A stretch of DNA of 64,000 nucleotides from Thermoanaerobaculia bacterium (GTDB lineage Bacteria > Acidobacteriota > Thermoanaerobaculia > Multivoradales > Multivoraceae), in assembly GCA_963664405.1 (NCBI GenBank), contig OY761158.1:899020-963019 (forward strand). Reading direction: 5' to 3'. A model generated the notes under the pieces. That model was not told the origin of the DNA. It worked only from the letters and a program-made list of their open reading frames with translations, and searched no databases. This document shows, one piece after another, positions 15,597 through 25,444 of this stretch. Position 1 is the first letter of the stretch. Every line of letters begins with the position of its first letter. The translations under genes and the position numbers were made by a program.

Positions 15597-17972
15597 ATGG
15601 CGCATATTCGAAGTATCACTCGCGGTGTGCTGGTAATCGGCCTCGTGGCGTTCGCTGGGCCGACGATCGGACAGCCGCGGCAGAGCTTCTCAGGGGACTA
15701 CTGGGCAGGGTGGCTGCAAGAGGTCACACCTCTGATGGGGCCGGCAGAAAGAGAGACCTTCGACAGCCTCGTCACCGACGCGCAGCGTGACGCCTTTGTG
15801 CGGGAGTTTTGGCGAGCCCGAGATCCGGCACCTTCGACGCCGCACAATGAGCTGCGAGATCAATGGGATCTCCGCATCCGGCAGGCCCAGCTCTTCTTCA
15901 GAGACCTCTCGAGTGATCTCGGCCAGGTCTACCTATTTCTGGGGCCCTTCGATGTCGTGCCGCTCGAGTGCGAGGGGGCGGATGTGGGGTTTCTGAGCTG
16001 GGATCTCGACGAGGATCCCTTCTCGGTGGCCATGATCTCGTCCGGTGAAGGACCCGCCAAAATGGCCGACACTAAGGAACTGCTCGACATCGTCGGCCGA
16101 TGCCCGCCGCCGGCAGCCGTGCGAGCGGGATCCATCGGACTCCCCCCTCTCGCCACTCTGCTCGAGCACACGACTGCACCCGCCCCGGTCCAAGACTGGC
16201 TGCCAGCATTTCGATCGCATCTCGACGAGGTTCCGGAACAAGCGGGGATCTACCGCGCGGACATGGAGATCAGCTTTCCTTCGATCCGCAACGGGGTCGC
16301 GATCGTGGAACTGGCCTTCCGACTGCCCAGCGCTGAGTTGCCGCCAAAGTCGGACGACCGGCTGCTCGAGAGCCTCGCCCTGCGAGTCGATCTTCTCGGA
16401 ACCTACGGCACCACACGCATACGGCACCGCTTCTACCTTCCTATCGAGGAGAGACCGGATCTGCGCCTCGCCGCGCGGCGGGCGTTGCGCTCCGGGGACT
16501 ACTACTTCGTGGCCGAGCTTGCCGACGATTCCGGCGACATTCTGCTGCGACACTTCGGTCTTCTCCGCATTCCCGAGACCTCACCGAACGGCAGCCACGC
16601 GGACACCACAGCCTTCCCCAAGACCTTCGCCAACAACAACATTACCCAGCTCGCCGCTCGTCCTCGGCTGCGCCTCCCCGCCATCGAAGGAGTGGTAGCG
16701 GGGCCCACCGACGTCATCGTCGAAGCGACGGGTGCCGGAATTCGGCGAGTTGCATTCCTGATCGACGGAAGCGAAGTCGCCTCCGCTTCAGAGCCTCCCT
16801 TCACCGGTCATGTCGACTTCGGACCCCGCCCCCGCACTCTCACTCTCGCCGCGGTGGCGTTGGACGCAAACGAAGGCGAGATGGCCCGAGACAGCACCGA
16901 CGTGAACTTGGAGACGAGGCCGTTCCGTCTCCTGCTGCCCGAGCCACCAGTCGACGAGGAAGATCGACTGGTGATCGAGCCGGAGGTTCTCCTGCCTGAA
17001 GGCGCGTCGGTCGAGGTGGTCGAGATCTATTGGGAAGAGTCGCTGGTCTACGAGTTTCACCAGCAGCCCCCCTACAAGCTGCTCCTGCATCTGAGAGGAG
17101 CTCCTAAGCCGGCCTACCTTCGAGTCGTTGCCCGACTCGACGACGAGCGCGTCACCGAGCTGGTCAAGCCGCTCGGAATGACAGGCGGCTTCGAACAGGT
17201 GGAGGTCGATCTCGTCGAGTTCCTCGCTACCGTCACCGATTCCGATGGCCGTCCGGTCGTCGATCTCGAGCCCAGCGACTTCAGGGTGCTCGAAGAGGGC
17301 GTCGACCAGGTCATCCGCCAGGTCGAGACCTTGGAGAACGTGCCGCTGACGGTCGGCCTCCTCATGGACACCTCCTCCAGCATGGAAGAGGCTCTCGACG
17401 AAAGCCTAGACGCCGCCGCGCGCTTTTTCGACGAGGTTCTCAAAGAGGGAGACAGCGCCACTTTCTTGAGCTTCAACCACGAGCCGAGATTGATAGTGCC
17501 GCTGACGACTTCGACCGAGCGTCTCCGTGAGGGGCTGGCGAATCTCTCTAGTTGGGGCGGAACGACTCTATTCGACAGCGTCATGCTGGCCCTCTACTAC
17601 TTTCAGGGGCTCGAGGACCGTCGGGCATTGGTCGTACTCACCGATGGCCTCGATGAGCACAGCCGATTCACCCTGGAGGAGCTACTCGATGAAGCGGTGC
17701 GCTCGGGGGTGATCGTGCACACCATCGCCCTGGGCCCGGATGCCACCCCCAGTCCCCTACAGCGCTTGGCAGAGGCAACCGGCGGAGGATTCTTCACCGT
17801 CGACGGGCCGGGCCGGCTGGCTGAGATCTACGACCAGATCCGCCGCGAGCTCCACGCGCAGTATCGGATCGCATACCAATCGGCGACTGTGGGCGAAGAC
17901 TTCCGTTCGGTCAAGGTGCTCACTCGCCAAACCGGGAACCATGTGCGTGCTCTCAGGGGCTACTACCCCTGA
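15597..17972 (+). CDS. GWxTPRxE-domain plus von Willebrand factor A (VWA) domain protein (Acidobacterial VWFA-related family)
   Basis: N-terminus has DYWAGWLQEVTPLMGPAERETFDSLVTDAQRDAFVREFWRARDP, the GWxTPRxE motif. C-terminus has a VWA/MIDAS-like region (LMDTSSSM...TLFDSV...VVLTDGLDEHS). Confidence 0.8.
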   Translation: MAHIRSITRGVLVIGLVAFAGPTIGQPRQSFSGDYWAGWLQEVTPLMGPAERETFDSLVTDAQRDAFVREFWRARDPAPSTPHNELRDQWDLRIRQAQLFFRDLSSDLGQVYLFLGPFDVVPLECEGADVGFLSWDLDEDPFSVAMISSGEGPAKMADTKELLDIVGRCPPPAAVRAGSIGLPPLATLLEHTTAPAPVQDWLPAFRSHLDEVPEQAGIYRADMEISFPSIRNGVAIVELAFRLPSAELPPKSDDRLLESLALRVDLLGTYGTTRIRHRFYLPIEERPDLRLAARRALRSGDYYFVAELADDSGDILLRHFGLLRIPETSPNGSHADTTAFPKTFANNNITQLAARPRLRLPAIEGVVAGPTDVIVEATGAGIRRVAFLIDGSEVASASEPPFTGHVDFGPRPRTLTLAAVALDANEGEMARDSTDVNLETRPFRLLLPEPPVDEEDRLVIEPEVLLPEGASVEVVEIYWEESLVYEFHQQPPYKLLLHLRGAPKPAYLRVVARLDDERVTELVKPLGMTGGFEQVEVDLVEFLATVTDSDGRPVVDLEPSDFRVLEEGVDQVIRQVETLENVPLTVGLLMDTSSSMEEALDESLDAAARFFDEVLKEGDSATFLSFNHEPRLIVPLTTSTERLREGLANLSSWGGTTLFDSVMLALYYFQGLEDRRALVVLTDGLDEHSRFTLEELLDEAVRSGVIVHTIALGPDATPSPLQRLAEATGGGFFTVDGPGRLAEIYDQIRRELHAQYRIAYQSATVGEDFRSVKVLTRQTGNHVRALRGYYP

Positions 17973-17994
17973 CAGCGAAAATGACGGGCTGGAG

Positions 17995-19299
17995 CTAGCG
18001 TAGATTCTCCATCGCATCCACCGCAACGTTCGCCAGGGCGCGCACACCGAGACTGAGCGCCCCTTCGTCGGCAAAGAAGTGGGGCGAATGGTTACGGGCG
18101 ACAGTGGCCGGATCGGCACCCTCGGGAGCGACGCCGAGGAAGAAAAAGACTCCTGGGATCTCCTGTTGGTAGTGCGAAAAGTCCTCAGCGGTGGTGGTCG
18201 GGTCGACCACCTGCGCCTTGCCCTTCCCAGCCACTCGCACCAGCGTCGGAGCGATCATACTGGTCAGCTCGGGATCGTTATAGGTGACCAGATTGCCCCC
18301 ACCGAAGCGAATCTCCGCGGTAGCTCCCGCGCTCGCCGCGATCGACTCCGCAGTACGCCGGATCCGACGGTGCAATTCCAAGCGCACTTCCGGATCGAAG
18401 GTCCGCACTGTGCCAACCATCTCCACCTTATCGGGGATGATGTTGCCCCGCACACCTCCATGGATACTCCCTATGGTGATGATCGAGGGTGTCCGGGTCA
18501 CGTCGACTTGACGACTGACGATACTCTGTAAGCCCAAGATAACTTGGGAGGAAACGACGATGGGATCCACCCCTCCCCAAGGCACGGCGCCATGGGTCTG
18601 CCGACCGTGAATAGTGATGTACAGAGAGTCGCTCGAAGCCATGATGCCGCCGCTCCTGTAGCCGAGGGTGCCCAGGGGATAGGGGAAGACGTGGAGGCCG
18701 AAGATCGCTTCGGGCCGCGGATCCTCGAGAGCGCCCTCGGCGATCATCAAACGGGCCCCTCCCTTCTCTCCCCGCGGCGCCCCTTCCTCGGCGGGCTGAA
18801 ACAGAAACTTCACCGAGCCTCTCAAATGCTCGCGAAGGCCGCTCAGAACCTCTGCAACCCCCATCAAGATCGCCAGGTGCTGGTCGTGCCCGCAGGCGTG
18901 CATGACCCCGACCTCACGGCCCTCGTACATGGTTGTCTGGGTCGAGGCGAACGGCAGATCCACGAGCTCCGTTACCGGTAAGGCATCCATATCGGCACGC
19001 AGCGCGATCACCGGACCTTCCTCGCCGCCGCGAAGCAGCCCCACCACACCGGTGTGAGCGACCTCGGTGCGCACTTCAAGCCCCAGGGCCTCGAGATGCT
19101 CCGCGACTTTGCGCGCGGTGCGGACCTCACGATTGCTGAGCTCCGGATGGCGATGAAAGTCTCGACGCCACAAAACGACCTTCGCTTCGATCTCGGCCGT
19201 CAAACGGTCTATCTCACTTGCGAGGTCGGCGGCTCCGACCGGCAGAGCAGCCAGGCAAAGAGCGGCAACTAGACCAGCGTTTCCAAAGTTCGCGCACAT
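17995..19299 (-). CDS. M20-family amidohydrolase (peptidase M20D, hippurate hydrolase-like); the annotated start codon and first about 10 codons lie inside a MITE
   Basis: ...RRDFHRHPELSNRE...LRADMDALPV...HACGHD... are M20D signatures. The only in-frame ATG upstream of the signal peptide (LVAALCLAALPVGAA) is MCANFGNAGL, encoded by the MITE terminal repeat. Confidence 0.75.
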   Translation of the reverse strand: MCANFGNAGLVAALCLAALPVGAADLASEIDRLTAEIEAKVVLWRRDFHRHPELSNREVRTARKVAEHLEALGLEVRTEVAHTGVVGLLRGGEEGPVIALRADMDALPVTELVDLPFASTQTTMYEGREVGVMHACGHDQHLAILMGVAEVLSGLREHLRGSVKFLFQPAEEGAPRGEKGGARLMIAEGALEDPRPEAIFGLHVFPYPLGTLGYRSGGIMASSDSLYITIHGRQTHGAVPWGGVDPIVVSSQVILGLQSIVSRQVDVTRTPSIITIGSIHGGVRGNIIPDKVEMVGTVRTFDPEVRLELHRRIRRTAESIAASAGATAEIRFGGGNLVTYNDPELTSMIAPTLVRVAGKGKAQVVDPTTTAEDFSHYQQEIPGVFFFLGVAPEGADPATVARNHSPHFFADEGALSLGVRALANVAVDAMENLR

Positions 19300-19434
19300 A
19301 TCTCGGGCCCTTCTGCCCGCTGGCGTCGTTACGCCTCCTCGACATATTGCCCAATATGCCTGCGTCAGCGCGCCTAGCCAGCGAACAGAATGACCTCGAG
19401 CTATGCAGCACGAACTTTGGAAACGCTGGTCTAG
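19269..19434. mobile_element. MITE copy a (166 bp) with about 24-bp terminal inverted repeats CTAGACCAGCGTTTCCAAAGTTCG...CGAACTTTGGAAACGCTGGTCTAG
   Basis: About 90% identical to the copies at 46999-47163 and 48683-48846. It is perfectly bounded by CTAG and lies between the glpK stop and the M20 start. Confidence 0.75.
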
Positions 19435-19464
19435 TGCCCAGGCGTACTTTCTCAGAGCCGGCAT

Positions 19465-20961
19465 TTAAGGCGCGGCCCAAGACCGGGATCGATTCACCGC
19501 ATCGTGCCAGCGATCCACCAGGCCTTTGCGAGTCTTGGGTCTCATATGGGGGCGAAACTGGCGATCAAGCAACCAATTCTTCTCGACGTCACTCTTGCTC
19601 TTCCAGAATCCAACGGCGAGACCGGCAAGATAGGCGGCCCCCAAGGCCGTGGTCTCAGAGACAACGGGACGGCGCACAGTCCGGCCAATGATGTCGGATT
19701 GAAACTGCATCATCAGATCGTTGGTCGAGGCGCCCCCGTCGACGCGCAGCTCACGCAACCGAACTTTGGAGTCACGCTCCATCGCATCGACGACATCACG
19801 CGACTGATAGCACATCGATTCGAGCGTGGCGCGGGCGAGATGCTCGCGAGTCGTGCCGCGCTCGATACCGACGATGACGCCACGCGCGTAGGGGTCCCAG
19901 TAGGGAGTGCCGAGGCCGACAAAGGCAGGCACGAAGAAGACGCCGCCATTGTCCGGGACCGCCGACGCCAGCCGTTCGACATCACTCGACTTGCGCAGGA
20001 TTCGGAGCCCGTCGCGCAGCCATTGCACCGCCGCCCCAGCGACGAATACCGAGCCCTCGAGACAATAAGTCACCTTCCCGTCGACGCCCCAGCCGATGGT
20101 AGTGAGCAACCCGTTCTTGGAGCGCACCGCCTTCGGCCCCGTGTTCATGAGCACAAAGCATCCGGTGCCATAGGTGTTCTTCACCATTCCCGGTCTAAAG
20201 CACCCCTGTCCAAAGGTGGCGGCCTGCTGGTCCCCCGCGATACCCGCGATCGTAATGGGCTCAGAAAAGAGCTTGGCTTCGGTTTCACCGAAGGGGCCGC
20301 TCGACTCTCGCACCTGGGGCAGCATCTCCACAGGAACCTCAAGGATCTTCAGCAGTTCTCGATCCCACTCGAGAGTATTGATGTTGAAGAGCAAAGTACG
20401 GCTGGCATTGGAGAGGTCGGTGGCGTGCACACGACCGCCGGTCAACCGCCACAACAGGAAAGTGTCGATCGTGCCGGCTAGAATCTCGCCCTTCTCAGCC
20501 CGCCGCCGAAGGCCGCGACTGCGGTCGAGGAGATACTTGATCTTGGTACCGGAGAAGTACGGATCGAGAACCAGCCCTGTTTTACGCTGGAACTTGCCCT
20601 CCAGACCCTGATCCTTGAGTCGAGCGCAAATCGGCGCCGAGATCCGACTCTGCCAGACGATCGCATTGCTCACCGGTCGGCCGCTGGCCTTCTCCCATAA
20701 GACAACGGTCTCGCGCTGATTGGTGATACCGATCGCAGCGACATCTCGGGCCTGCGCCTTGGCCTTCCTCAGTGCCGCACGAGCCGTGGAGAGCTGGGTG
20801 CGCCAGATCGCTTCAGGGTCGTGCTCGACGTGACCGGGCGACGGAAAGAGTTGAGGAAACTCCCGCTGGGCACTCGCGACCGCCCGCCCCCTGCGATCGA
20901 ACAAGATGGAACGGCTGGAGGTTGTTCCCTGATCGAGAGCGAGAATGTAGCGCGCCCGCAT
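19465..20961 (-). CDS. glpK: Glycerol kinase
   Basis: 498 aa. ILALDQGTTSSRSILFD..., ...ITNQRETVVLWEK... and FGGY family C-terminal signatures. Confidence 0.9.
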   Translation of the reverse strand: MRARYILALDQGTTSSRSILFDRRGRAVASAQREFPQLFPSPGHVEHDPEAIWRTQLSTARAALRKAKAQARDVAAIGITNQRETVVLWEKASGRPVSNAIVWQSRISAPICARLKDQGLEGKFQRKTGLVLDPYFSGTKIKYLLDRSRGLRRRAEKGEILAGTIDTFLLWRLTGGRVHATDLSNASRTLLFNINTLEWDRELLKILEVPVEMLPQVRESSGPFGETEAKLFSEPITIAGIAGDQQAATFGQGCFRPGMVKNTYGTGCFVLMNTGPKAVRSKNGLLTTIGWGVDGKVTYCLEGSVFVAGAAVQWLRDGLRILRKSSDVERLASAVPDNGGVFFVPAFVGLGTPYWDPYARGVIVGIERGTTREHLARATLESMCYQSRDVVDAMERDSKVRLRELRVDGGASTNDLMMQFQSDIIGRTVRRPVVSETTALGAAYLAGLAVGFWKSKSDVEKNWLLDRQFRPHMRPKTRKGLVDRWHDAVNRSRSWAAP

Positions 20962-21015
20962 CGACTTCTCAGCTTAACAGCCTAGAGAACTGACGAGCTA
21001 GGCTGCCGAACAGGG

Positions 21016-21062
21016 TGCCGAGGACGGCGCGCTCTGCCGAAGTGATGGGCATCATAGGGACC
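21016..21062 (+). repeat. Third-locus copy of the hairpin-plus-palindrome repeat family, upstream of the Gfo/Idh/MocA gene
   Basis: ggtgccgaggacggcgcgctctgccgaagtgatgggcatcatagg parallels ggcgccgaggacggcgcatcctgcggaagtgatcggtatcac at 9700-9745. Confidence 0.45.
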
Positions 21063-21097
21063 GGGTCTAGGGTCACTGCTAACATCGCCCTCCTCGC

Positions 21098-22264
21098 ATG
21101 GATGGGCTGAAGCGAAGACTCAGGATGGGCATGGTCGGCGGCGGGCGTGATGCCTTTATCGGCGCCGTCCATCGCATGGCCGCGGGTCTCGACGGGCTGA
21201 TCACCCTGACCTGCGGCGCCTTCAGCTCAGAGGCCGCGAAGTCGAAAGACTCGGGCCGCGAGCTGTTCGTGGCAGAGGGCCGCTGCTACGGCTCTTGGCA
21301 GGAGATGCTCGATCGTGAAGCCGCTCTTCCCGACGACCTCCGTATGGATTTCGTTTCGATCGTCACTCCGAACTTTCTCCACTACCCCATCGCGATGGCG
21401 GCGCTGGAGCATGGGTTCCCAGTGGTCTGCGACAAGCCGATGACGATGGATGTCACCGAAGCCTTCGCTCTCGCTCGGCAAGTCGAGTCCACCGGTCTCC
21501 CCTTCTGCCTGACTCACAACTACACCGGCTATCCGATGGTCAAGGAGGCCAAGCACCGGGTCTCCCAGGGTAGCCTCGGCAAGATCCGAAAAATCGTCGT
21601 CGAGTATCCCCAGGGCTGGCTTGCCGGCAGGCTCGAAGCCACCGGCCAGAAGCAGGCCGACTGGCGAACCGACCCCGCTCGAGCCGGTGCGAGCTGCTGC
21701 ATGGGCGACATCGGCACCCACGCCGAGAATCTCGCTGAGTACGTGACCGGCTGCGAGATCGAATCGCTATGCGCCGACCTCACGACTTTCGTCGACGGCC
21801 GTCCCCTCGACGATGACGGCAACGTACTCCTGCGCTTTCGCGGCGGCGCTCGTGGGGTACTGCACGCCAGCCAGATCTCGATCGACGAAGAGAACGACTT
21901 GCGGTTGCGCGTTTATGGCGAATCAGGGGGCCTCGAGTGGCGGCAAGAAGAGCCGAACACGCTGATCCTCAAGTGGCCCGACCGGCCACGAGAGATCCTC
22001 CGCACCGGCGGCCCGACCCTCTCAGAGGCGGCAGCCTCCGCAACCCGTCTGCCGATGGGCCATCCGGAAGGATTCATCGAGGCCTTCGCGAATCTCTACC
22101 GCGGCTTCGCCTTTGCGGTCGAGGGTCGTCTTCGCGGTGAGCAGCCGCCGGCCGCCAGCCTCGACTTTCCAGGAGTCGGTGACGGCCTGCGCGGGATGCT
22201 CTTCATCCAGGCCGTGGTCGAAAGTAGCAAGAGCCAGACCAAGTGGACCCCACTCATCTCCTGA
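21098..22264 (+). CDS. Gfo/Idh/MocA-family NAD(P)-dependent oxidoreductase
   Basis: MGMVGGGRDAFIGAVH... is a Rossmann N-terminus and the C-terminal fold is typical. The start is either 21098 or the internal ATG at about 21125. Confidence 0.85.
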   Translation: MDGLKRRLRMGMVGGGRDAFIGAVHRMAAGLDGLITLTCGAFSSEAAKSKDSGRELFVAEGRCYGSWQEMLDREAALPDDLRMDFVSIVTPNFLHYPIAMAALEHGFPVVCDKPMTMDVTEAFALARQVESTGLPFCLTHNYTGYPMVKEAKHRVSQGSLGKIRKIVVEYPQGWLAGRLEATGQKQADWRTDPARAGASCCMGDIGTHAENLAEYVTGCEIESLCADLTTFVDGRPLDDDGNVLLRFRGGARGVLHASQISIDEENDLRLRVYGESGGLEWRQEEPNTLILKWPDRPREILRTGGPTLSEAAASATRLPMGHPEGFIEAFANLYRGFAFAVEGRLRGEQPPAASLDFPGVGDGLRGMLFIQAVVESSKSQTKWTPLIS

Positions 22265-22291
22265 GACGAGCCGACAAGGAAGCCGAAACAC

Positions 22292-23290
22292 ATGCCCAGA
22301 CCTGTCACCCTCTTCACCGGCCAGTGGGCCGACCTTCCAATCGACACCCTGTGCGCCAAGGCAGCAGATTTCGGCTATAACGGGCTCGAGCTCGCCTGCT
22401 GGGGCGACCACTTCGAAGTCGACCGTGCCCTAGCGGAGCCGAACTACTGCTCATCGCGGCGCGACCTTCTGAGTAGCCACGGGCTCGAGCTCCACGCCAT
22501 CGCAAACCACCTCGTGGGTCAGGCGGTTGCCGACCGCATCGACGAACGGCACCAAGCGATCTTGCCGGAGCGCGTCTGGGGCGACGGCGACGGAGAGGGA
22601 GTCCGTGAGCGCGCAGCCGAGGAGATGAAGAACACCGCGCGGGCGGCCGCAAAGCTCGGCGTCAAGGTCGTCAGCGGCTTCACCGGCAGCCCGATCTGGC
22701 ACCTCCTCTACTCCTTCCCTCCGACGCCCGACGAAATGATCGACGCCGGTTTCGAAGAGGTCGCCCAGCGATGGACACCGATCCTCGATGTTTTCGCCGA
22801 GCAGGGCGTGCGCTTCGGGCTCGAGGTGCACCCCACCGAGATCGCCTTCGACATCGTCAGTGCCGAGCGCACTCTCGAGGCACTCGATCACCACCCCGCC
22901 TTCGGCTTCAACTACGACCCCAGCCATCTCGGCTACCAGAGTGTCGACTACGTAGAGTTTCTCTACCGCTTCTCTGACCGCATCTTTCATGCCCACATAA
23001 AGGACGTGTACTGGGCCGACGAGCCTCGCTCCTGCGGTGTCTTCGGCGGCCACCTCCCGTTCGGAGACCGACGCCGTTACTGGGACTTTCGCTCTCCCGG
23101 GCGAGGCTCGATCGACTTCGAGGAGATCATCCGCGCCCTGAACAACATCGGCTATGAGGGTCCCCTGTCGGTGGAGTGGGAGGACCCGGGAATGGATCGC
23201 GAGCACGGCGCTATCGAGGCTTGTGAGTTCGTCAAGGGTCTCGACTTCAAACCCTCCGAGGTGGCCTTCGACGCCGCTTTCGAGCAATGA
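22292..23290 (+). CDS. Sugar phosphate isomerase/epimerase (xylose isomerase-like TIM barrel)
   Basis: 332 aa of AP-endonuclease-2/TIM-barrel family sequence (...[12 protein letters not shown]..., ...HPTEIAFD...). Confidence 0.8.
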   Translation: MPRPVTLFTGQWADLPIDTLCAKAADFGYNGLELACWGDHFEVDRALAEPNYCSSRRDLLSSHGLELHAIANHLVGQAVADRIDERHQAILPERVWGDGDGEGVRERAAEEMKNTARAAAKLGVKVVSGFTGSPIWHLLYSFPPTPDEMIDAGFEEVAQRWTPILDVFAEQGVRFGLEVHPTEIAFDIVSAERTLEALDHHPAFGFNYDPSHLGYQSVDYVEFLYRFSDRIFHAHIKDVYWADEPRSCGVFGGHLPFGDRRRYWDFRSPGRGSIDFEEIIRALNNIGYEGPLSVEWEDPGMDREHGAIEACEFVKGLDFKPSEVAFDAAFEQ

Positions 23291-23302
23291 GGGGACGTTG
23301 CC

Positions 23303-25444
23303 GTGCGGCGTAAGCGAATCTTCTGGCCGATGGTTCTGCTACTGACTCAATGGCAATCGATCAGCTTGGCTCAATCCGCAGAGGAAGAACGAGCGCCGAG
23401 CTTTAGTGAGGCCCAGTCCGCCGCCGGAAAAGTCGCATATAGGAAACACTGTGCCTCCTGTCACAGGGCAAAGCTGGAAGGCTTCCAACTCGCGCCGGCT
23501 CTGGTTGAGAAGCGTTTCGATCAGTCTTGGCGCGGCAAATCCGCTGACATCCTGCAATTTCACATACGTCGCATGCCTCCCGAGCCGGCGGGAGAGCCCG
23601 GAAGCCTGAGCGACGAGACCTATGCGAATATCCTGGCCTACATTCTCCTTTCCAACGGCCTCGAAGCAGGGGGCGATGCTCTGCCCTCGGACTCATCTGC
23701 TCTTGCCGACCTGACCATACCGAGGTTGCCGGGAGTGGAGCTCGATCTAGGCGCGCCGGTCGTCGCGGCGGGCGAGTCCCAGCTACTGAAAGACCTGCCA
23801 ACGCTCACCAGTGAAGAGCTGCGCGACCCAACGCCCGAGGACTGGCTGCATTGGGGAAGAACTCTCGATGGGCACAGCTACAGTCCGCTGAAGCAGATCA
23901 ACCGTGGAAACGTGAAAGATCTGAAGCTGGCCTGGCGAGCGCCTCTTCGCTTCGGCAGCAATACTCCGGCTCCAGTGGTTCATCGAGGAGTGATGTTCCT
24001 TCACACACCTCCGGACACCGTGCTGGCGATGGATGCCACGGACGGCCGCGTGCTGTGGCGCTATCAGCGTAAAGGCATAGATCAGCCGACCAAGAAGAGG
24101 GGCGTCGCTCTCTACGGCGACATGGTGCTCGTGCCCACCTCCGACTTGCATGTGGTTGCCCTGAGCGCAAAGACCGGTAAACCGATCTGGGACCACACCC
24201 TCGACACAAGAGCACCAGACACCATGCGCCGCGGCTTTCACCTCAGAAGCGCCCCGCTGATAGCCAAAGACAAGGCCATCATCGGGGTCACGGTTTATGC
24301 ACCCAAGGGCGGCTTCATCCTCGCTCTGGACGTCAATTCGGGAAAAGAGGTGTGGCGGTTCAACACCATCGCCAGGCCGGGCGAGCCGGGGGAAAACAGT
24401 TGGAACGGCCTACCCCTGGAAAGGCGTAAAGGTGGGTCCGTTTGGCACCAGGCTACCTATGATGCGGAGCTGAACCTCGTCTACTTCGGTATCGCGCCGA
24501 CTTACGACACGGAGCCCCTCCTGATACCGATAGAGAAGGAGGGCATCAACAACGACGCGCTCTACACCAATTGCACCGTCGCCCTCGACGCCGATACCGG
24601 TGAGCTGATCTGGCACTATCAACACATGGCAAACGACCAGTGGGACCTGGATTGGGTCTTCGAGCGTCAGATCGCAAGCCTTAGCGTCGACGGCGAGCTC
24701 CGCAAGGTGGTAATGAACGTCGGCAAGATGGGGATCCTCGATGCTCTGGATGCAGCGACCGGCGAGTACCTATTCTCGGTCGACAGCGGGACGCAGAACG
24801 TAATTACCGCTATCGACCCTGAAACCGGCGCCAAAACCATCGACCCCGAGAAGGTGCCCAATTCGAAGCGAGGATCGCTGATCTGCCCGAGCGCTGTCGG
24901 CGCCAGAAGCTGGCCGCCGACTTCCTACAGCCCAAGGACGAAACTGCTGTACGTGCCCATCACCGAAGCCTGTTTGAACATGGGACCGACAGGACAAGGG
25001 GGCCGGCTACTCAGTACCGGTGTAGATCTGTCTCTGGCAACGCACCCGGATGCCAGTGACGGAATGGTAGGGCGCCTCCAGGCCATCGACCTTGTGAGCC
25101 ATGAATTGGGCTGGACCCACGATCAGCTCACTCCGCTTTCGACCGGCCTATTGACCACCGCCGGCGGGTTGCTCTTCTCCGGCGATATCGATCCCTCGTT
25201 GAAGGCTTTCGATGACGAGAGTGGTGAGCTGCTCTGGCAGGTCGAGCTCGACGACGCGCCCAGTTCGACCCTCGTAACGTACAGCGTTGACGACAAGCAA
25301 TACATCGCTGTCGTGGTGGGCCTGACAAATAATCATATCCGAGACATAACCAGCTCCTACCTAAAGTGGAGCAAGAGCATCGATACGCCGAGGGATGCCC
25401 CACCCAAAGGAGGGGCCGCCGTCTGGACATTCTCATTGGAATGA
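23303..25444 (+). CDS. PQQ-dependent dehydrogenase (beta-propeller quinoprotein) with an N-terminal c-type cytochrome domain (CASCH)
   Basis: GTG start. Signal peptide, then heme motif CASCH with downstream Met (IRRMPPEP), then PQQ propeller W-motif repeats. The stop overlaps the xylA ATG (ATGA). Confidence 0.75.
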   Translation: MRRKRIFWPMVLLLTQWQSISLAQSAEEERAPSFSEAQSAAGKVAYRKHCASCHRAKLEGFQLAPALVEKRFDQSWRGKSADILQFHIRRMPPEPAGEPGSLSDETYANILAYILLSNGLEAGGDALPSDSSALADLTIPRLPGVELDLGAPVVAAGESQLLKDLPTLTSEELRDPTPEDWLHWGRTLDGHSYSPLKQINRGNVKDLKLAWRAPLRFGSNTPAPVVHRGVMFLHTPPDTVLAMDATDGRVLWRYQRKGIDQPTKKRGVALYGDMVLVPTSDLHVVALSAKTGKPIWDHTLDTRAPDTMRRGFHLRSAPLIAKDKAIIGVTVYAPKGGFILALDVNSGKEVWRFNTIARPGEPGENSWNGLPLERRKGGSVWHQATYDAELNLVYFGIAPTYDTEPLLIPIEKEGINNDALYTNCTVALDADTGELIWHYQHMANDQWDLDWVFERQIASLSVDGELRKVVMNVGKMGILDALDAATGEYLFSVDSGTQNVITAIDPETGAKTIDPEKVPNSKRGSLICPSAVGARSWPPTSYSPRTKLLYVPITEACLNMGPTGQGGRLLSTGVDLSLATHPDASDGMVGRLQAIDLVSHELGWTHDQLTPLSTGLLTTAGGLLFSGDIDPSLKAFDDESGELLWQVELDDAPSSTLVTYSVDDKQYIAVVVGLTNNHIRDITSSYLKWSKSIDTPRDAPPKGGAAVWTFSLE

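Noticed and set aside
19218-19691. Track ORFs reading through MITE copies (MCANFGNAGL-containing ORFs at 19218..19691, 48519..48767, 48816..49226)
   Set aside because: These recurring short reading frames are carried by the repeat itself and change partner sequence at each copy. There is no evidence that they are genes, except where one supplies the M20 start codon.
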